Source of the DNA: an uncultured Deinococcales bacterium
GTDB lineage: Bacteria; Deinococcota; Deinococci; Deinococcales; JAAFIG01
Direction: 5' to 3'
NCBI GenBank assembly: GCA_964247135.1
Contig: CAXTTL010000001.1
Span: 51,557-115,556, forward strand
Length of the DNA: 64,000 bases
Notes under the pieces: generated by a model
Database searches by the model: none
Seen by the model: only the letters and a program-made list of their open reading frames with translations
Told to the model about the DNA's origin: nothing
Made by a program: the position numbers and the translations under genes
Shown here: piece after piece, positions 20,337 through 30,537 of the stretch
Layout: each line of letters starts with the position of its first letter
Numbering within the stretch: the first letter of the stretch is position 1

Positions 20337-20912
20337 GATTCACCTCGTGCTCCATCCGGATTGGAGAATGCCTACTGTACACCCACGAAGAAATATTGCT
20401 GCTAAATACGCAATTCTACCCGTTATGAACGCCAGATTTCGTTCCAAATATTTGAATCTGGTGCATGAAAGTATGCCATATCACTTTTTTTGGCAACACT
20501 CGCCATCAGTGGAATCACCGATTCGATTACCATTGTTACCATTGTCTTCCAACTTCGCAGGCGCTGAACCGTTTCACTCAATACCAATACAAGCCGAGCG
20601 GCATTCTCACTGACCTCGATCACGGCACTGAACGGACAGCAAATACCGAGAACACCACCCCTGCTTAGGCACTCAAGGAAAGTGATTTATGCAAGGAGTC
20701 TGAGGTTGGCATTATTTTTAAATCTACCGGATTTTCTTGTTCCCAACACAAAAACAGTCAATTTTGAGCCTCAGATTTAAATTGGGTGTAATGTGAAACT
20801 ATATCTTTTAGAAGTATTGCATTTTTGGTTTTAAGGACCTCAAGATTCGCCAGGGTCACAGTATAGCTCACTGTGACGATTGGACCAATTCCCAACCCTA
20901 AAGGAGGGTGAT

Positions 20913-23900
20913 ATGAGGCTGAAATTCACTCAGGTTTTGGTGGCGTTCGCAATCTTGGCGGCACTTGTGTTCGTGCCCAAACCTGGACGTGCACAACCTG
21001 GGGCACAAGAACCCGTCTACGCACGAGGTTACGTCTTTGCCCAGGTGCGTGACCGATTTGAAAAAGCCATCCAGGTGGCGCTGCCCCACGCGGTGGTTTT
21101 TTTGGCAAACCCCCAAGACCTCGCCAAACCGCTCGCCTCGAGCATCACGGATTTAAGCGGTCACTTTCAACTTCGCGCCGATGACCCTGGCGTTTACATG
21201 CTGTGCGTCAAAGCCGAAGGTTTTGCAGACAATTGTGTCCGAAAAGAATTTCGAGTCTCGAGCGACCTGGGGCATGTCCTGATTCAACCCGTTCAAAGCG
21301 ATAAAACCGCCGCGATTTACGGTTCGATCAGCTTGAGGCGGGGCAGGCTGGCACGTGGTTTTGAACCGTTCATGAACGTCAATGCGTTTACCACCATTGA
21401 GATGCAGAGCAACCAGGGCAGCTACAAGGGTTTTGTCAACAACCACGGCGAGTACATTGTGCCCAACATCCCCAACGCCGAAAAATTTAAATTTCGTGCC
21501 AGCATCGAAAACGAAAACCTCGAGCGCGAAATTTTCATGGGTACACTGATTCCCAACCTTGGCTACAAGTTCGATTTTCGTTTTTCCAATTCTGCGCCCA
21601 CAACCCGTCTGGTCAGCGCCAGCCTGAACAACAAGCTCGTTCAACAGGTCGCCCCAGGCAACACCATCACCTTAACCGCCGTCAGCGATGACAGTGACGC
21701 CGATTCGCTCGAGTATCGCTGGTTGCTGCCCGAAGGTGGGGGCACGGTTGGACCGAACACCACGCCAGAATTAAGCTGGAAAGTGCCCTCGCGCAATGGC
21801 TTGTTTACGGTCGTGTCTTTGGTGGGCGACCGGCGCGGTGGCTACACCCGCAGCACGATCACGGTTCGTGCCACCAACGGCGGCGTGCCGTTCAACGGTA
21901 CGGTGGTTGATGCCAACGGCAAACCCGTGGCTGGCGCTCAGGTGGACGTGAACGGGCGTTTGACCAACAGCGACCTTTCAGGTCATGTCGAACTCGAGGT
22001 CCCTGTCGGTGACAAGTACGTGCTCAACATCCGCCAGCCTGGGGTGAGCGCACCAGGTCAGGCGGCATTTGGCACGGCTTCGTTTGTTTACACCAGCTCG
22101 GTGGTCGGCGAGCGCTGGGTCTTGCGGCGCTCTGCGGTGACCACTTTTGACCCGACCAAAGCCATCACCTTTCAACACAAACGCGATGAAAAAGACTGTG
22201 CCGCCGCCCGTTCACGCTCGAGCCAGATCGATTGGAAACAATATTCTCAACCAGGCTTGTTTGAATGGCAAGACGGTCGTGGCAACCCGCAATCCTTGAG
22301 CGAGGCAGCCTTCAAAGACCCCAAAGCGGCACGCCAGATCATGCGTTTGCTCGCCAAATCCAACCCTGTGGTGGCTCGGGTCTTTGCCCAAGCCGCCAAG
22401 GTCGAGGGGCAGTTTGAAACCAGCCCAGTGCCGTGTCGCAATGGCATCAAGGTCGAGATTCCCGCCAACGCCCTCGAGAATCCCAAAACCAAAAAAGCCC
22501 CCACAGGTCCAGTGCAAATTGGGCTTTCGACGATTGATCTCAATTCGCCAACCCAAATGCCTGGCGATTACAGCGCCCTGGATGGCAACGGCAAACTTGC
22601 TGGCATGGCAAGCTTTGGCGCGGGCAGCATTGATGTTGGCGCGGGCAATCAGCGTTTTAACCTCAAACCAGGCATGACCGCCAAAGTCACGATTCCGGTG
22701 GATGGCACGCAACTGACCCCTGGCGCGACCTTGCCCACCAAAATTCCGTTCTTGTACTACAACGAACAAACGGGAGTCTGGAAACAGGAGGGCGAGGCTG
22801 TGCTGACCGGTTCGGGCGCAAACGCCGCGTATGTCGCCAAAGCCAAACACTTTTCAACCATGAACGCCGATATCTTAAAAACAGGCGAATCCTGCGTTGC
22901 CGTCGAGGTTGATCCAGCCGCAGGGTTCAGTTTCCCACTGAATGTCGAAGTCAACCTCCAACCCTCGGTCGTGAACCCAACCGCCGTTCAAGTCCGAACC
23001 CTGACCATCAACTCGAGCGGCGAGCACAGCGTGATTTACAACCTGCCCAACAAACAAGACATTGCCCTGACCCCGATCATTCCTGGCGTGCTGCCAGATG
23101 GCTCGAGCGGCAATGTGCCCGCCGGAATTTTTGTGGTGAATACTGGCGGACCACAAACCTCGCCCAGCGCACCGCCGACGCCAAATGCCGATGGCACGTA
23201 TTACAAAGAAGTGGGTGGCAACCCTGTCGGACCGTGTGGCTCGAGGGTCACATTGAAAAAATTAAACGGGGCGCAACTTGACCCGCAATACGAATTCTTG
23301 CAGGGTTTGTATTTTGAGTCGAGCAACATTACTGAATTTGCGGTCAGTGACCCGAGCATCTCGAGCGCGATTGAGGCGGGCAGCGACGATTACTATGCGC
23401 AATCTGATCCTCGTCAGCAACGCTTGACCCTGGCGCAATTTCAAGCGTTCAATCGCTTTGGTCAAGCACAAAACCCAGCAACGGGCGAGGTCGAATTCTC
23501 GGCGGTCTATGCCAACAGCGGCGATTTGGGTTTTGGACGTGAAATGCACTGCCGACGCAACGTGGCAAACGACAGCACCATCGCCACCCCAAAGTTTGAT
23601 TACGCCTGTTACGTGACCAATTACGGTCAACCGCCACTGTTCCGCGACGACCAAACGGACGCCGACGAAGCCGCCAAAGGTCCTGTTGCGGGTCATGCCG
23701 ATGCCACGGTCACCATGGAATACTCGAGGGTCGAAAATGCCCCTGGCGATCCAATCGAATTTCCTGATAACGAACGCACCGTCAAGTTTTACGCCTACAA
23801 CACCCTCACCGGCGTGCGGGTCAAAAAAGCTGACCTTGACGGTCATGGCGAACGTCCGATTCCGCAACTGTGCGTGATCTGTCACGGCGGTAAAAGTTCG

Positions 23901-24872
23901 GATACCGCCGCCGACCCGCTCGACCCAAGCGGTCCGAAAAAAGGCGCGTACACCGCCCGCAGCGACATGTTCAACAAGAACTCAAAGTTCTTACCGTTTG
24001 ACCTGCACTACTACAAATTTCCAGCCACCAAACCCAAAGCAACCCAGCAAAACGACTTCAGAAACCTCAACCTCGAGATCGTGAAGCAGGTGGCGAACGA
24101 CATTGCACCCAGCAGCCCCATCGGTGAATTGATTGATGCTTGGTATCCAGGCGGCGCGGGCGACCAACAGGAAGCCAAAGTGATTGCCGGCTGGGACACG
24201 GGCGGGGCGGGCAACCCCAACCATCAGGACAACCAAATGTACCGCGATGTGTTCGCTCGAGCCTGCCGCACCTGTCATGTGGCGCAGCCTTACAGCGCCC
24301 CAAATTACGTGACCGTGGCACAATTCAAAGCCGACATCGGTAAAATCCAGAGCCGTATTTGCCGTGAAAAAGTCATGCCCCATGCCCAACGCACCAACGA
24401 TATTTTCTGGAGCAGCCTGAACCCCAACATGCCAGGATTCTTGGAAATTTTCGGTCAAGGAACGGGCACTTGGTCAACCGCCCCAAATGACCAGTGCGGC
24501 TTGTTCTTCCAACCTGGCAGCGATCCAAAATCGTTCTTTGAAAGCCAGATTTACCCAATCCTGACCAAGAACTGCCAGTCGTGTCACGGTTCCGTCGGGC
24601 TGGCTCAATTTGCCGTGACCACCCCAGCCGCAACCTACAACGCGCTGCTCAACACCCCAACCAATGCTGGAGGCTCGAGCCGTTACATCGTGCCCAACAA
24701 CCTTGGCTCGAGCGTCCTGTACCAGCGCATCACAACAGGCGCGGTCGGTGTGCGAATGCCAAAATTTGGGGCTGACCTGACGACCACCGACACCGATGTA
24801 CCGCCAGACGGAAAATTGGATGCCAATGAAGTGAAAGACTGGATCACCACCTTTAACGCCACTGGACCGTAA
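20913..24872 (+). CDS. Secreted large c-type cytochrome with three CxxCH motifs and N-terminal carboxypeptidase-regulatory/Ig-like domains
   Basis: AGGAGG RBS and Sec-type signal peptide. CVICH (23871-23885), CRTCH (24264-24278), CQSCH (24573-24587). Candidate distal Met in VMP and RMP. C-terminal domain resembles planctomycete-type cytochrome c. Confidence 0.82.
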   Translation: MRLKFTQVLVAFAILAALVFVPKPGRAQPGAQEPVYARGYVFAQVRDRFEKAIQVALPHAVVFLANPQDLAKPLASSITDLSGHFQLRADDPGVYMLCVKAEGFADNCVRKEFRVSSDLGHVLIQPVQSDKTAAIYGSISLRRGRLARGFEPFMNVNAFTTIEMQSNQGSYKGFVNNHGEYIVPNIPNAEKFKFRASIENENLEREIFMGTLIPNLGYKFDFRFSNSAPTTRLVSASLNNKLVQQVAPGNTITLTAVSDDSDADSLEYRWLLPEGGGTVGPNTTPELSWKVPSRNGLFTVVSLVGDRRGGYTRSTITVRATNGGVPFNGTVVDANGKPVAGAQVDVNGRLTNSDLSGHVELEVPVGDKYVLNIRQPGVSAPGQAAFGTASFVYTSSVVGERWVLRRSAVTTFDPTKAITFQHKRDEKDCAAARSRSSQIDWKQYSQPGLFEWQDGRGNPQSLSEAAFKDPKAARQIMRLLAKSNPVVARVFAQAAKVEGQFETSPVPCRNGIKVEIPANALENPKTKKAPTGPVQIGLSTIDLNSPTQMPGDYSALDGNGKLAGMASFGAGSIDVGAGNQRFNLKPGMTAKVTIPVDGTQLTPGATLPTKIPFLYYNEQTGVWKQEGEAVLTGSGANAAYVAKAKHFSTMNADILKTGESCVAVEVDPAAGFSFPLNVEVNLQPSVVNPTAVQVRTLTINSSGEHSVIYNLPNKQDIALTPIIPGVLPDGSSGNVPAGIFVVNTGGPQTSPSAPPTPNADGTYYKEVGGNPVGPCGSRVTLKKLNGAQLDPQYEFLQGLYFESSNITEFAVSDPSISSAIEAGSDDYYAQSDPRQQRLTLAQFQAFNRFGQAQNPATGEVEFSAVYANSGDLGFGREMHCRRNVANDSTIATPKFDYACYVTNYGQPPLFRDDQTDADEAAKGPVAGHADATVTMEYSRVENAPGDPIEFPDNERTVKFYAYNTLTGVRVKKADLDGHGERPIPQLCVICHGGKSSDTAADPLDPSGPKKGAYTARSDMFNKNSKFLPFDLHYYKFPATKPKATQQNDFRNLNLEIVKQVANDIAPSSPIGELIDAWYPGGAGDQQEAKVIAGWDTGGAGNPNHQDNQMYRDVFARACRTCHVAQPYSAPNYVTVAQFKADIGKIQSRICREKVMPHAQRTNDIFWSSLNPNMPGFLEIFGQGTGTWSTAPNDQCGLFFQPGSDPKSFFESQIYPILTKNCQSCHGSVGLAQFAVTTPAATYNALLNTPTNAGGSSRYIVPNNLGSSVLYQRITTGAVGVRMPKFGADLTTTDTDVPPDGKLDANEVKDWITTFNATGP

Positions 24873-24933
24873 AGTTTTTCACCAGCACATCACCGAGACG
24901 TTCAGCATGGAATTAGACACTGCTCGAGTTCGG

Positions 24934-24954
24934 GTAGGGTGCGCCATGCGCACC
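24934..24954 (+). repeat. GTAG-family REP-like palindrome
   Basis: GTAG-GGTGCGC-CAT-GCGCACC. Confidence 0.6.
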
Positions 24955-25184
24955 ATCCAATACGCGCAATTGGAGCGCTACGAATTTTTCAAGCTTGGAA
25001 TGTTTTGGTTCATTGGTCGAGGTCAACATACTTTTTAGGGTTCTCGGTTGAACTGAGTTGAAACCAACAAGATCAGGCACGGTCGCTCGAGGGTTTGATA
25101 GCCCTCGAGCGGATGGAGTACGGCTTTTCTCTCAAGCAAATCTCAAAGCTCGAGCAACATATTTCTCGAGCATCAGGAGAACAT

Positions 25185-28148
25185 ATGCGAAAAATGCGTC
25201 CCGTTTTGAAGTTGATGGTTTTGGTTGTTCTGGCTGGAGTGCTTACCCTGGCAGATCAAACGGTTCGAGCCGATTTTAACCATGTGACCGACACCAGCAA
25301 TTTTCTTGCCTTGCCCGTTGCCAGCCTTGATGGCATTTTTCCTCAACCTTGGGCGTGTGGTGGCGCAGCGCCAAGCCCGCAGAGTGTGGTGCAACTGCAC
25401 GCCAACTGGCACTGCGCGAATCCAAATCATGTTGGACCCAATTGGGGCAATCGCTTTTTTGGTTTTCACAAGCAGTTCTTGCTGGCGTATGACCGTTACC
25501 TTGCCAGTGTTGGCGAAAGCTTCATTCAAACCTGGGAGGCTGCGCCAGGCGCATTGATTCCGCCACCGCACCAGGGTCGTCCGGCAAATACGGCTTGCCC
25601 AACCTGTCTGGCGTTGCCCAGCCAGTTCAGGTTGCCCGCCGCCGGAGGCACGCTCGATGCGTTCACGTCTTTGACCGCCATTGGCGATGCCGTCATCAAT
25701 TGGCACGACACCAACCACGGTCGAATCGCCAATTCTTTTGCCGCCGCGACCGACATGGGTTCTCCCTCGACCTCACCTCGAGACCCCGTGTTTTACCGCT
25801 ATCATCATATTTTTGATGATATTCAAGACGCTTGGCGCACCCATCAAGCCAACGATATTGCGATTGTTTTTGACCGTTCTGGCAGCATGAACCTGCCTGC
25901 GGTTGGTGGCGGCACACGCTTGCAAGCCGCCAAAGATGCCTCCGCCCTGTTTGCCGATTTGCTCGAGGATGGCAGTGCGCACAAGTTGGGGATGGTTTCG
26001 TTTTCGACCACTGCCAGCGCCGTGCCAGACATGCCTTTAACCGCTGTCGCCAGCGCCAGCTCGAGCATGACCAGCGCACTGGCTTTGATTGCGGCTGGAG
26101 GTTCAACCAGCATCGGTGATGGTCTGACCAAAGGGCAAGCCTTGGTGGCTTCGGGTGCGAATCCGCGCAAAGCCATCTTGTTGCTGACCGACGGCATGGA
26201 AAACACCGCACCGCTGATTTCAAGCGCCGCGCCTGGACTGGGCGACACGCATGTTTGTTCGGTTGGGCTTGGAACGCCCGGAACTTTGGACGGCGAAAAA
26301 CTGCAACAACTCAGCGAACGCCAAGGTGGAATTTACATCAGTGGACCGAGTGCGCTCGAGTTAAAAAAGTTTTTTGTCTTTTGCTTCGCCGATATTTTCG
26401 ATACCTTTGTTGGCGCCGACCCAATCCAGACGCTGCCAGCCAACCAAATTGCCTCCAAGCCACTGATCCACGGGGCGCTCGACGATCAAAAACTGGTGTT
26501 TGTTTTGTCCTGGACACACCCACTGCCAAACGGTGCGCTGCGCTTGGCAATCACCCGACCAGATGGCACAAGCCTGTCCCTGAATGATCCAAACGTTGAA
26601 AGCACCTTCGGTCCAACCTGGCACATTGTGCGCATCAAGAATGTCTCGAGTGCAGACCGTGACGGGCGCTGGTTGGCTCGAGCCATAAGACCACATCGCG
26701 GTTTTATCAACGGTTTTGTTTCCTATCCTTTTCAGGATGACGTTGCGGGGATCAACCTGATCCGTTCGCAACTGGCTCGTCTTTGCCCCGAGGGTTGCAG
26801 GCGCGTGTTGTACTTTGAAGACCCGCACGGTCACGAAACCTTTGAAGAGCACCTGAGCATTTACGATGCTGCCATCTTCACTGAGGCTGGACGCAGCATC
26901 GGCACGGTTGAGGTTGAAAACGACCCCAAAGCCTTTGCCGAAAAACTGGCGCAAGGTGGGCAAGATTACGACCTGATCGTCTCGAGCGTCAGTCATGAAA
27001 ACAAAGACCAGCCTTTTGATGCGCCGCTGGCAAAATTGTTGTGCTTTGCCCAGGGACCAAAATTTATTGTGGCGGACAACCGAGAAACCGCTGGCGCCCA
27101 AGCGATCTTGCGTTGCGCGGGGGCAATTCGAGCGGGCAAGACCAACCTCAAAACCCTGAACTTGGACGGGCAATTGGCGGCTGGAAAATTGCTGTTCCGC
27201 ACCCCAATGAACATGCCAGGAATGTCCGCCGACAGTTACGAATTAAAACCAAGTCTTGAGACCAACATCGTTCAGGGCGTCAGCGAACTTGGTGGTGCGT
27301 TGATCGTGGCACGTCCGAGCAGCGACATCAAACCCCAAGACGAACCCTACTTCATGACCTCGTTGACCCGCGCCACAGCTCGAGTTTTACCCTTTGCCTA
27401 CCGCAGCAATTATTACACCGGCGAATCCCTGCATCCGACCTTTCACATTCCCGTGTCGTACTGGTCGGCTGCTGGTTACGATTCGATCAAAGCCAGCGTG
27501 CGGGTCACACGACCAACTTTGAGCTTGAATGCGTTGGTGGCAAAGAACGGCGCGAAAGAACCACAAAACCTTCAGGGCGATACTTTAAGTCCACGCCAAG
27601 CCACGATTGCCAGGCTTGATCCAAACGGCACTGGAAAACTGATTCCCACCGAAACCAAACGCTTTGCCCTGAACGACGATGCCACCAATGGCGATGGCAC
27701 CGCCAACGACCATTACTGGGAGGTCGCCCTGCCAGCCAATTTGACCCAGTTTGACGGGCAGTACGTTTTTCACGCGGTCTTTGAATTGTGCCGTGCCAAA
27801 GCTTGCGTCACTCGAGAGGCGGAACAAACCGTCAACGTCCAGACCAAAGTTTCGCCCAGCAAAACCAAAGTCAGCCTCGAGAAACTCATTGTTGCAGGCA
27901 ATGCCCGCAACTTTACACGGGTGCTTGTAACCCCAGTGGACAATGCGGGCAGTCCACTGGGACCAGGGCTGCTGGATCGTTTGATTCTGACCCCTCAGGG
28001 CGATGCCAAACTCGAGCGCAGCGGCGATGTTGACGGTCGCGGGACGTATGAAATTGTGGTCAGTTGGACGAATACCAACGGCGCACCAAAACTGGTCATT
28101 GCACAATTTGGACGACCCAAAGAAACCATTGTGCTGACACTCAAATAA
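25185..28148 (+). CDS. Secreted type-3 dicopper (tyrosinase/hemocyanin-like) domain plus VWA domain protein
   Basis: AGGAG RBS and signal peptide. CuA-like HANWH..GNRFFGFH, CuB-like WHDTNH..DPVFYRYH. VWA MIDAS DRSGS..T..LLTDG. Confidence 0.82.
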   Translation: MRKMRPVLKLMVLVVLAGVLTLADQTVRADFNHVTDTSNFLALPVASLDGIFPQPWACGGAAPSPQSVVQLHANWHCANPNHVGPNWGNRFFGFHKQFLLAYDRYLASVGESFIQTWEAAPGALIPPPHQGRPANTACPTCLALPSQFRLPAAGGTLDAFTSLTAIGDAVINWHDTNHGRIANSFAAATDMGSPSTSPRDPVFYRYHHIFDDIQDAWRTHQANDIAIVFDRSGSMNLPAVGGGTRLQAAKDASALFADLLEDGSAHKLGMVSFSTTASAVPDMPLTAVASASSSMTSALALIAAGGSTSIGDGLTKGQALVASGANPRKAILLLTDGMENTAPLISSAAPGLGDTHVCSVGLGTPGTLDGEKLQQLSERQGGIYISGPSALELKKFFVFCFADIFDTFVGADPIQTLPANQIASKPLIHGALDDQKLVFVLSWTHPLPNGALRLAITRPDGTSLSLNDPNVESTFGPTWHIVRIKNVSSADRDGRWLARAIRPHRGFINGFVSYPFQDDVAGINLIRSQLARLCPEGCRRVLYFEDPHGHETFEEHLSIYDAAIFTEAGRSIGTVEVENDPKAFAEKLAQGGQDYDLIVSSVSHENKDQPFDAPLAKLLCFAQGPKFIVADNRETAGAQAILRCAGAIRAGKTNLKTLNLDGQLAAGKLLFRTPMNMPGMSADSYELKPSLETNIVQGVSELGGALIVARPSSDIKPQDEPYFMTSLTRATARVLPFAYRSNYYTGESLHPTFHIPVSYWSAAGYDSIKASVRVTRPTLSLNALVAKNGAKEPQNLQGDTLSPRQATIARLDPNGTGKLIPTETKRFALNDDATNGDGTANDHYWEVALPANLTQFDGQYVFHAVFELCRAKACVTREAEQTVNVQTKVSPSKTKVSLEKLIVAGNARNFTRVLVTPVDNAGSPLGPGLLDRLILTPQGDAKLERSGDVDGRGTYEIVVSWTNTNGAPKLVIAQFGRPKETIVLTLK

Positions 28149-28159
28149 GCGCAACATCG

Positions 28160-28300
28160 TTAGCCACCAGCTCCACTGCCTTGTTGAAGAGCAGGATGCA
28201 CAATCCCCTGACAATGCCGCGTTTCATCCTCGAGGTGGAGAAACACCAATCCCCTGGCGATTTCTGGATGCTGCCGAACCGCCAACACAACCTTGAAATG
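28160..28300 (-). pseudogene. Possible remnant of the DnaE2 (error-prone polymerase) OB-fold
   Basis: VRQHPEIARGLVFLHLEDETRHCQGIVHP resembles the RQRPxTAKGxxFxxLEDETG motif. The rest of the gene is absent. Confidence 0.5.
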
Positions 28301-28511
28301 CCAACGTGCCATAAGTGTAGCTAAAAACGTGTCTCGAGCACTGCGCCAGACCACTGGCATCCGAAACTTACTTTACAAGAGTTCTTCACCATATGAGTTG
28401 TTCTCGAGCATCAGCCCAAATTCCACAGCGATGGACTGGTGGGTTGTGCTCGAGAAACTGACCAATCACCGAGACAGTGAAGCCATTTTAAACAAAAAAC
28501 AACTTCATCCT

Positions 28512-29588
28512 TCAATCAAATTCAACCATCACCTTCATCGAGGTTTTCTTTTCCTTGTCCGCAAACTCGAGCGCCTGATGCGCCTGCTCCAAGCCAAAAC
28601 GGTGCGTAATCATGGCGTCCAGATTCACGCGGTTTTGCGCCACCAACTCGAGCGCGGCGGGGTAACAATTGGCGTAACGAAACTGTCCGCGAATGTCCAC
28701 CTCTCGAGACGCAGCAGCAACAATATCGAGCGACACGAGTGGGTCGGCGGGCAAGCCGACCAGAATCGCCACCCCACCAGATCGTGTGGCTTCAATCGAC
28801 ATACGGCAGGTGGGCAGCGAACCAGCCGTTTCAAAGGCGGCATCCACACCTGCACTCGAGCCTATCAAACCCGTTAAGGGCGAGGTGATGGCGCGAATTT
28901 GCTCGAGCACATTTGGGTCGCGTCCGTTGATGGTGTGCGTCGCCCCCAGTTGTTTTGCCAAATCCAACCGAAACGGCTCGAGGTCAACCGCAATGATGGT
29001 GGTCGCGCCTGCGGCTTTGGCGGCTTGCAAGGTGGTGCAACCGATGGGTCCCGCGCCAAACACTGCCACACTTGCGCCCATGCCGATTTGGGCGCGTTGT
29101 ACCGCCCAGACGCCCACAGCCAGAGGCTCGAGAAGCGCGGCGGCATCGAGGCTCATGCTGTCAGGAATTTTGAAGGCGAAGTCAGATGGCCACGCGACGT
29201 ATTCGGCAAATGCGCCGTCCACGGGTGGGGTTGCCATGAAGGTGATGTCTGGGCAGAGGTTGTAGCGCCCACGTTTGCAGTGGTAACACCTTCGGCACGG
29301 ATACCCTGGCTCGAGACTGACCCGATCACCGACTTTTAAATGCGTGACCTCGCTTCCGACGGCGGCAACCACACCCGCCGATTCGTGTCCGAGCACAATG
29401 GGTTTTTCGACCACATAACGCCCAATGTGCCCGTCGGTAAAATAATGCACATCGCTGCCGCACACCCCAACGCGCTGGATTTTCACCAACACGTCCTGGG
29501 CTTTGGGTGTTGGCACGCTCCAAGTCTCAAGGCGAACATCACGAATGCCGTGCATCACGGCGACGCGCATGGTTTGGGGAATTACCAC
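28512..29588 (-). CDS. Zn-dependent polyol (sorbitol/xylitol) dehydrogenase
   Basis: [49 protein letters not shown]. Confidence 0.9.
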   Translation of the reverse strand: MVIPQTMRVAVMHGIRDVRLETWSVPTPKAQDVLVKIQRVGVCGSDVHYFTDGHIGRYVVEKPIVLGHESAGVVAAVGSEVTHLKVGDRVSLEPGYPCRRCYHCKRGRYNLCPDITFMATPPVDGAFAEYVAWPSDFAFKIPDSMSLDAAALLEPLAVGVWAVQRAQIGMGASVAVFGAGPIGCTTLQAAKAAGATTIIAVDLEPFRLDLAKQLGATHTINGRDPNVLEQIRAITSPLTGLIGSSAGVDAAFETAGSLPTCRMSIEATRSGGVAILVGLPADPLVSLDIVAAASREVDIRGQFRYANCYPAALELVAQNRVNLDAMITHRFGLEQAHQALEFADKEKKTSMKVMVEFD

Positions 29589-30337
29589 GAGGTGTAACCC
29601 CCATCAACGATCACGTCGCTGCCCGTCATAAAACTCGAGGCAGGGCTGGCAAGGAACACCGCAACAGCAGCAACTTCAGCAGGTTCGCCCAAACGCCCCA
29701 TCGGAGTGCTCGAGAGCCAGATGTCACGCCATACGGGGTTTTCCAGCGCTGCTTTGGTCATGGCTGTACCGATGTAACCAGGGCTGATGCTGTTGACACG
29801 CACACCACGCGGCGACCATTCGCCAGCCAAGGATTTGGTTAAGTGAATCACGCCAGCTTTGGCAGCGTTGTATGCCGATTGTGGTTGTGGTCGGTTGGAA
29901 ATGCTACCCGACATCGAACCAATATTGACAATGCTGCCCGATCCACGCGTCAGCATGTGCTTGCCGACCTCACGGCAGCAGTAAAACACGCCGTCCAAAT
30001 CCACACTTATGACCAAACGCCATTCGTCATCGGTCACATCTTCGGACGGTGTGTTGCGGCAAATGCCCGCGTTATTGACAATGCAGTCAATCCTACCGTG
30101 TTTTTTGATGACCTCTGCCACCATGCTTTTCACGCTGCTCGAGTTGGTCACATCAGTTGCTATAAAATCTCCCTCGAGCTTGTGGGCTGCGGCTTCGCCA
30201 GTGCTTGCGTTGGCTTCGGCAATCACCAGATACGCACCGGAAGCTTTCATGGCTTGAGCGATTTCAAAGCCGATGCCTTGACCGCCGCCAGTGACGATCA
30301 CGATTTGATTCTCGAGGTTGAAATTGGGTTTGCTCAT
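29582..30337 (-). CDS. SDR family oxidoreductase (polyol dehydrogenase-like)
   Basis: TGGGQGIG, NNAG, NRPQPQSAYNAAK (YxxxK), SPGYIGT. Confidence 0.92.
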   Translation of the reverse strand: MSKPNFNLENQIVIVTGGGQGIGFEIAQAMKASGAYLVIAEANASTGEAAAHKLEGDFIATDVTNSSSVKSMVAEVIKKHGRIDCIVNNAGICRNTPSEDVTDDEWRLVISVDLDGVFYCCREVGKHMLTRGSGSIVNIGSMSGSISNRPQPQSAYNAAKAGVIHLTKSLAGEWSPRGVRVNSISPGYIGTAMTKAALENPVWRDIWLSSTPMGRLGEPAEVAAVAVFLASPASSFMTGSDVIVDGGYTSW

Positions 30338-30396
30338 GTTGTGACTCCTTTTGAGGTTGGGATTGAATTTTTGTTTTCGTTGTGTGGGTTTCTTGC

Positions 30397-30423
30397 GTAG
30401 GGGCGCATGGCTGTGCGCCCCTA
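30397..30423 (+). repeat. GTAG-family REP-like palindrome
   Basis: GTAGGGGCGCA-TGGCTG-TGCGCCCCTA, in an intergenic region. Confidence 0.65.
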
Positions 30424-30537
30424 ACAGAACGTTAATTTTTTAAAATATGGTTCGAGCTTTTGGTTTACCGTGGTTCAATTCGCATCCCTCGAGTTTTCAA
30501 TTCGTACATTGTATATTTTAATTTTTAAATCGTTCAC

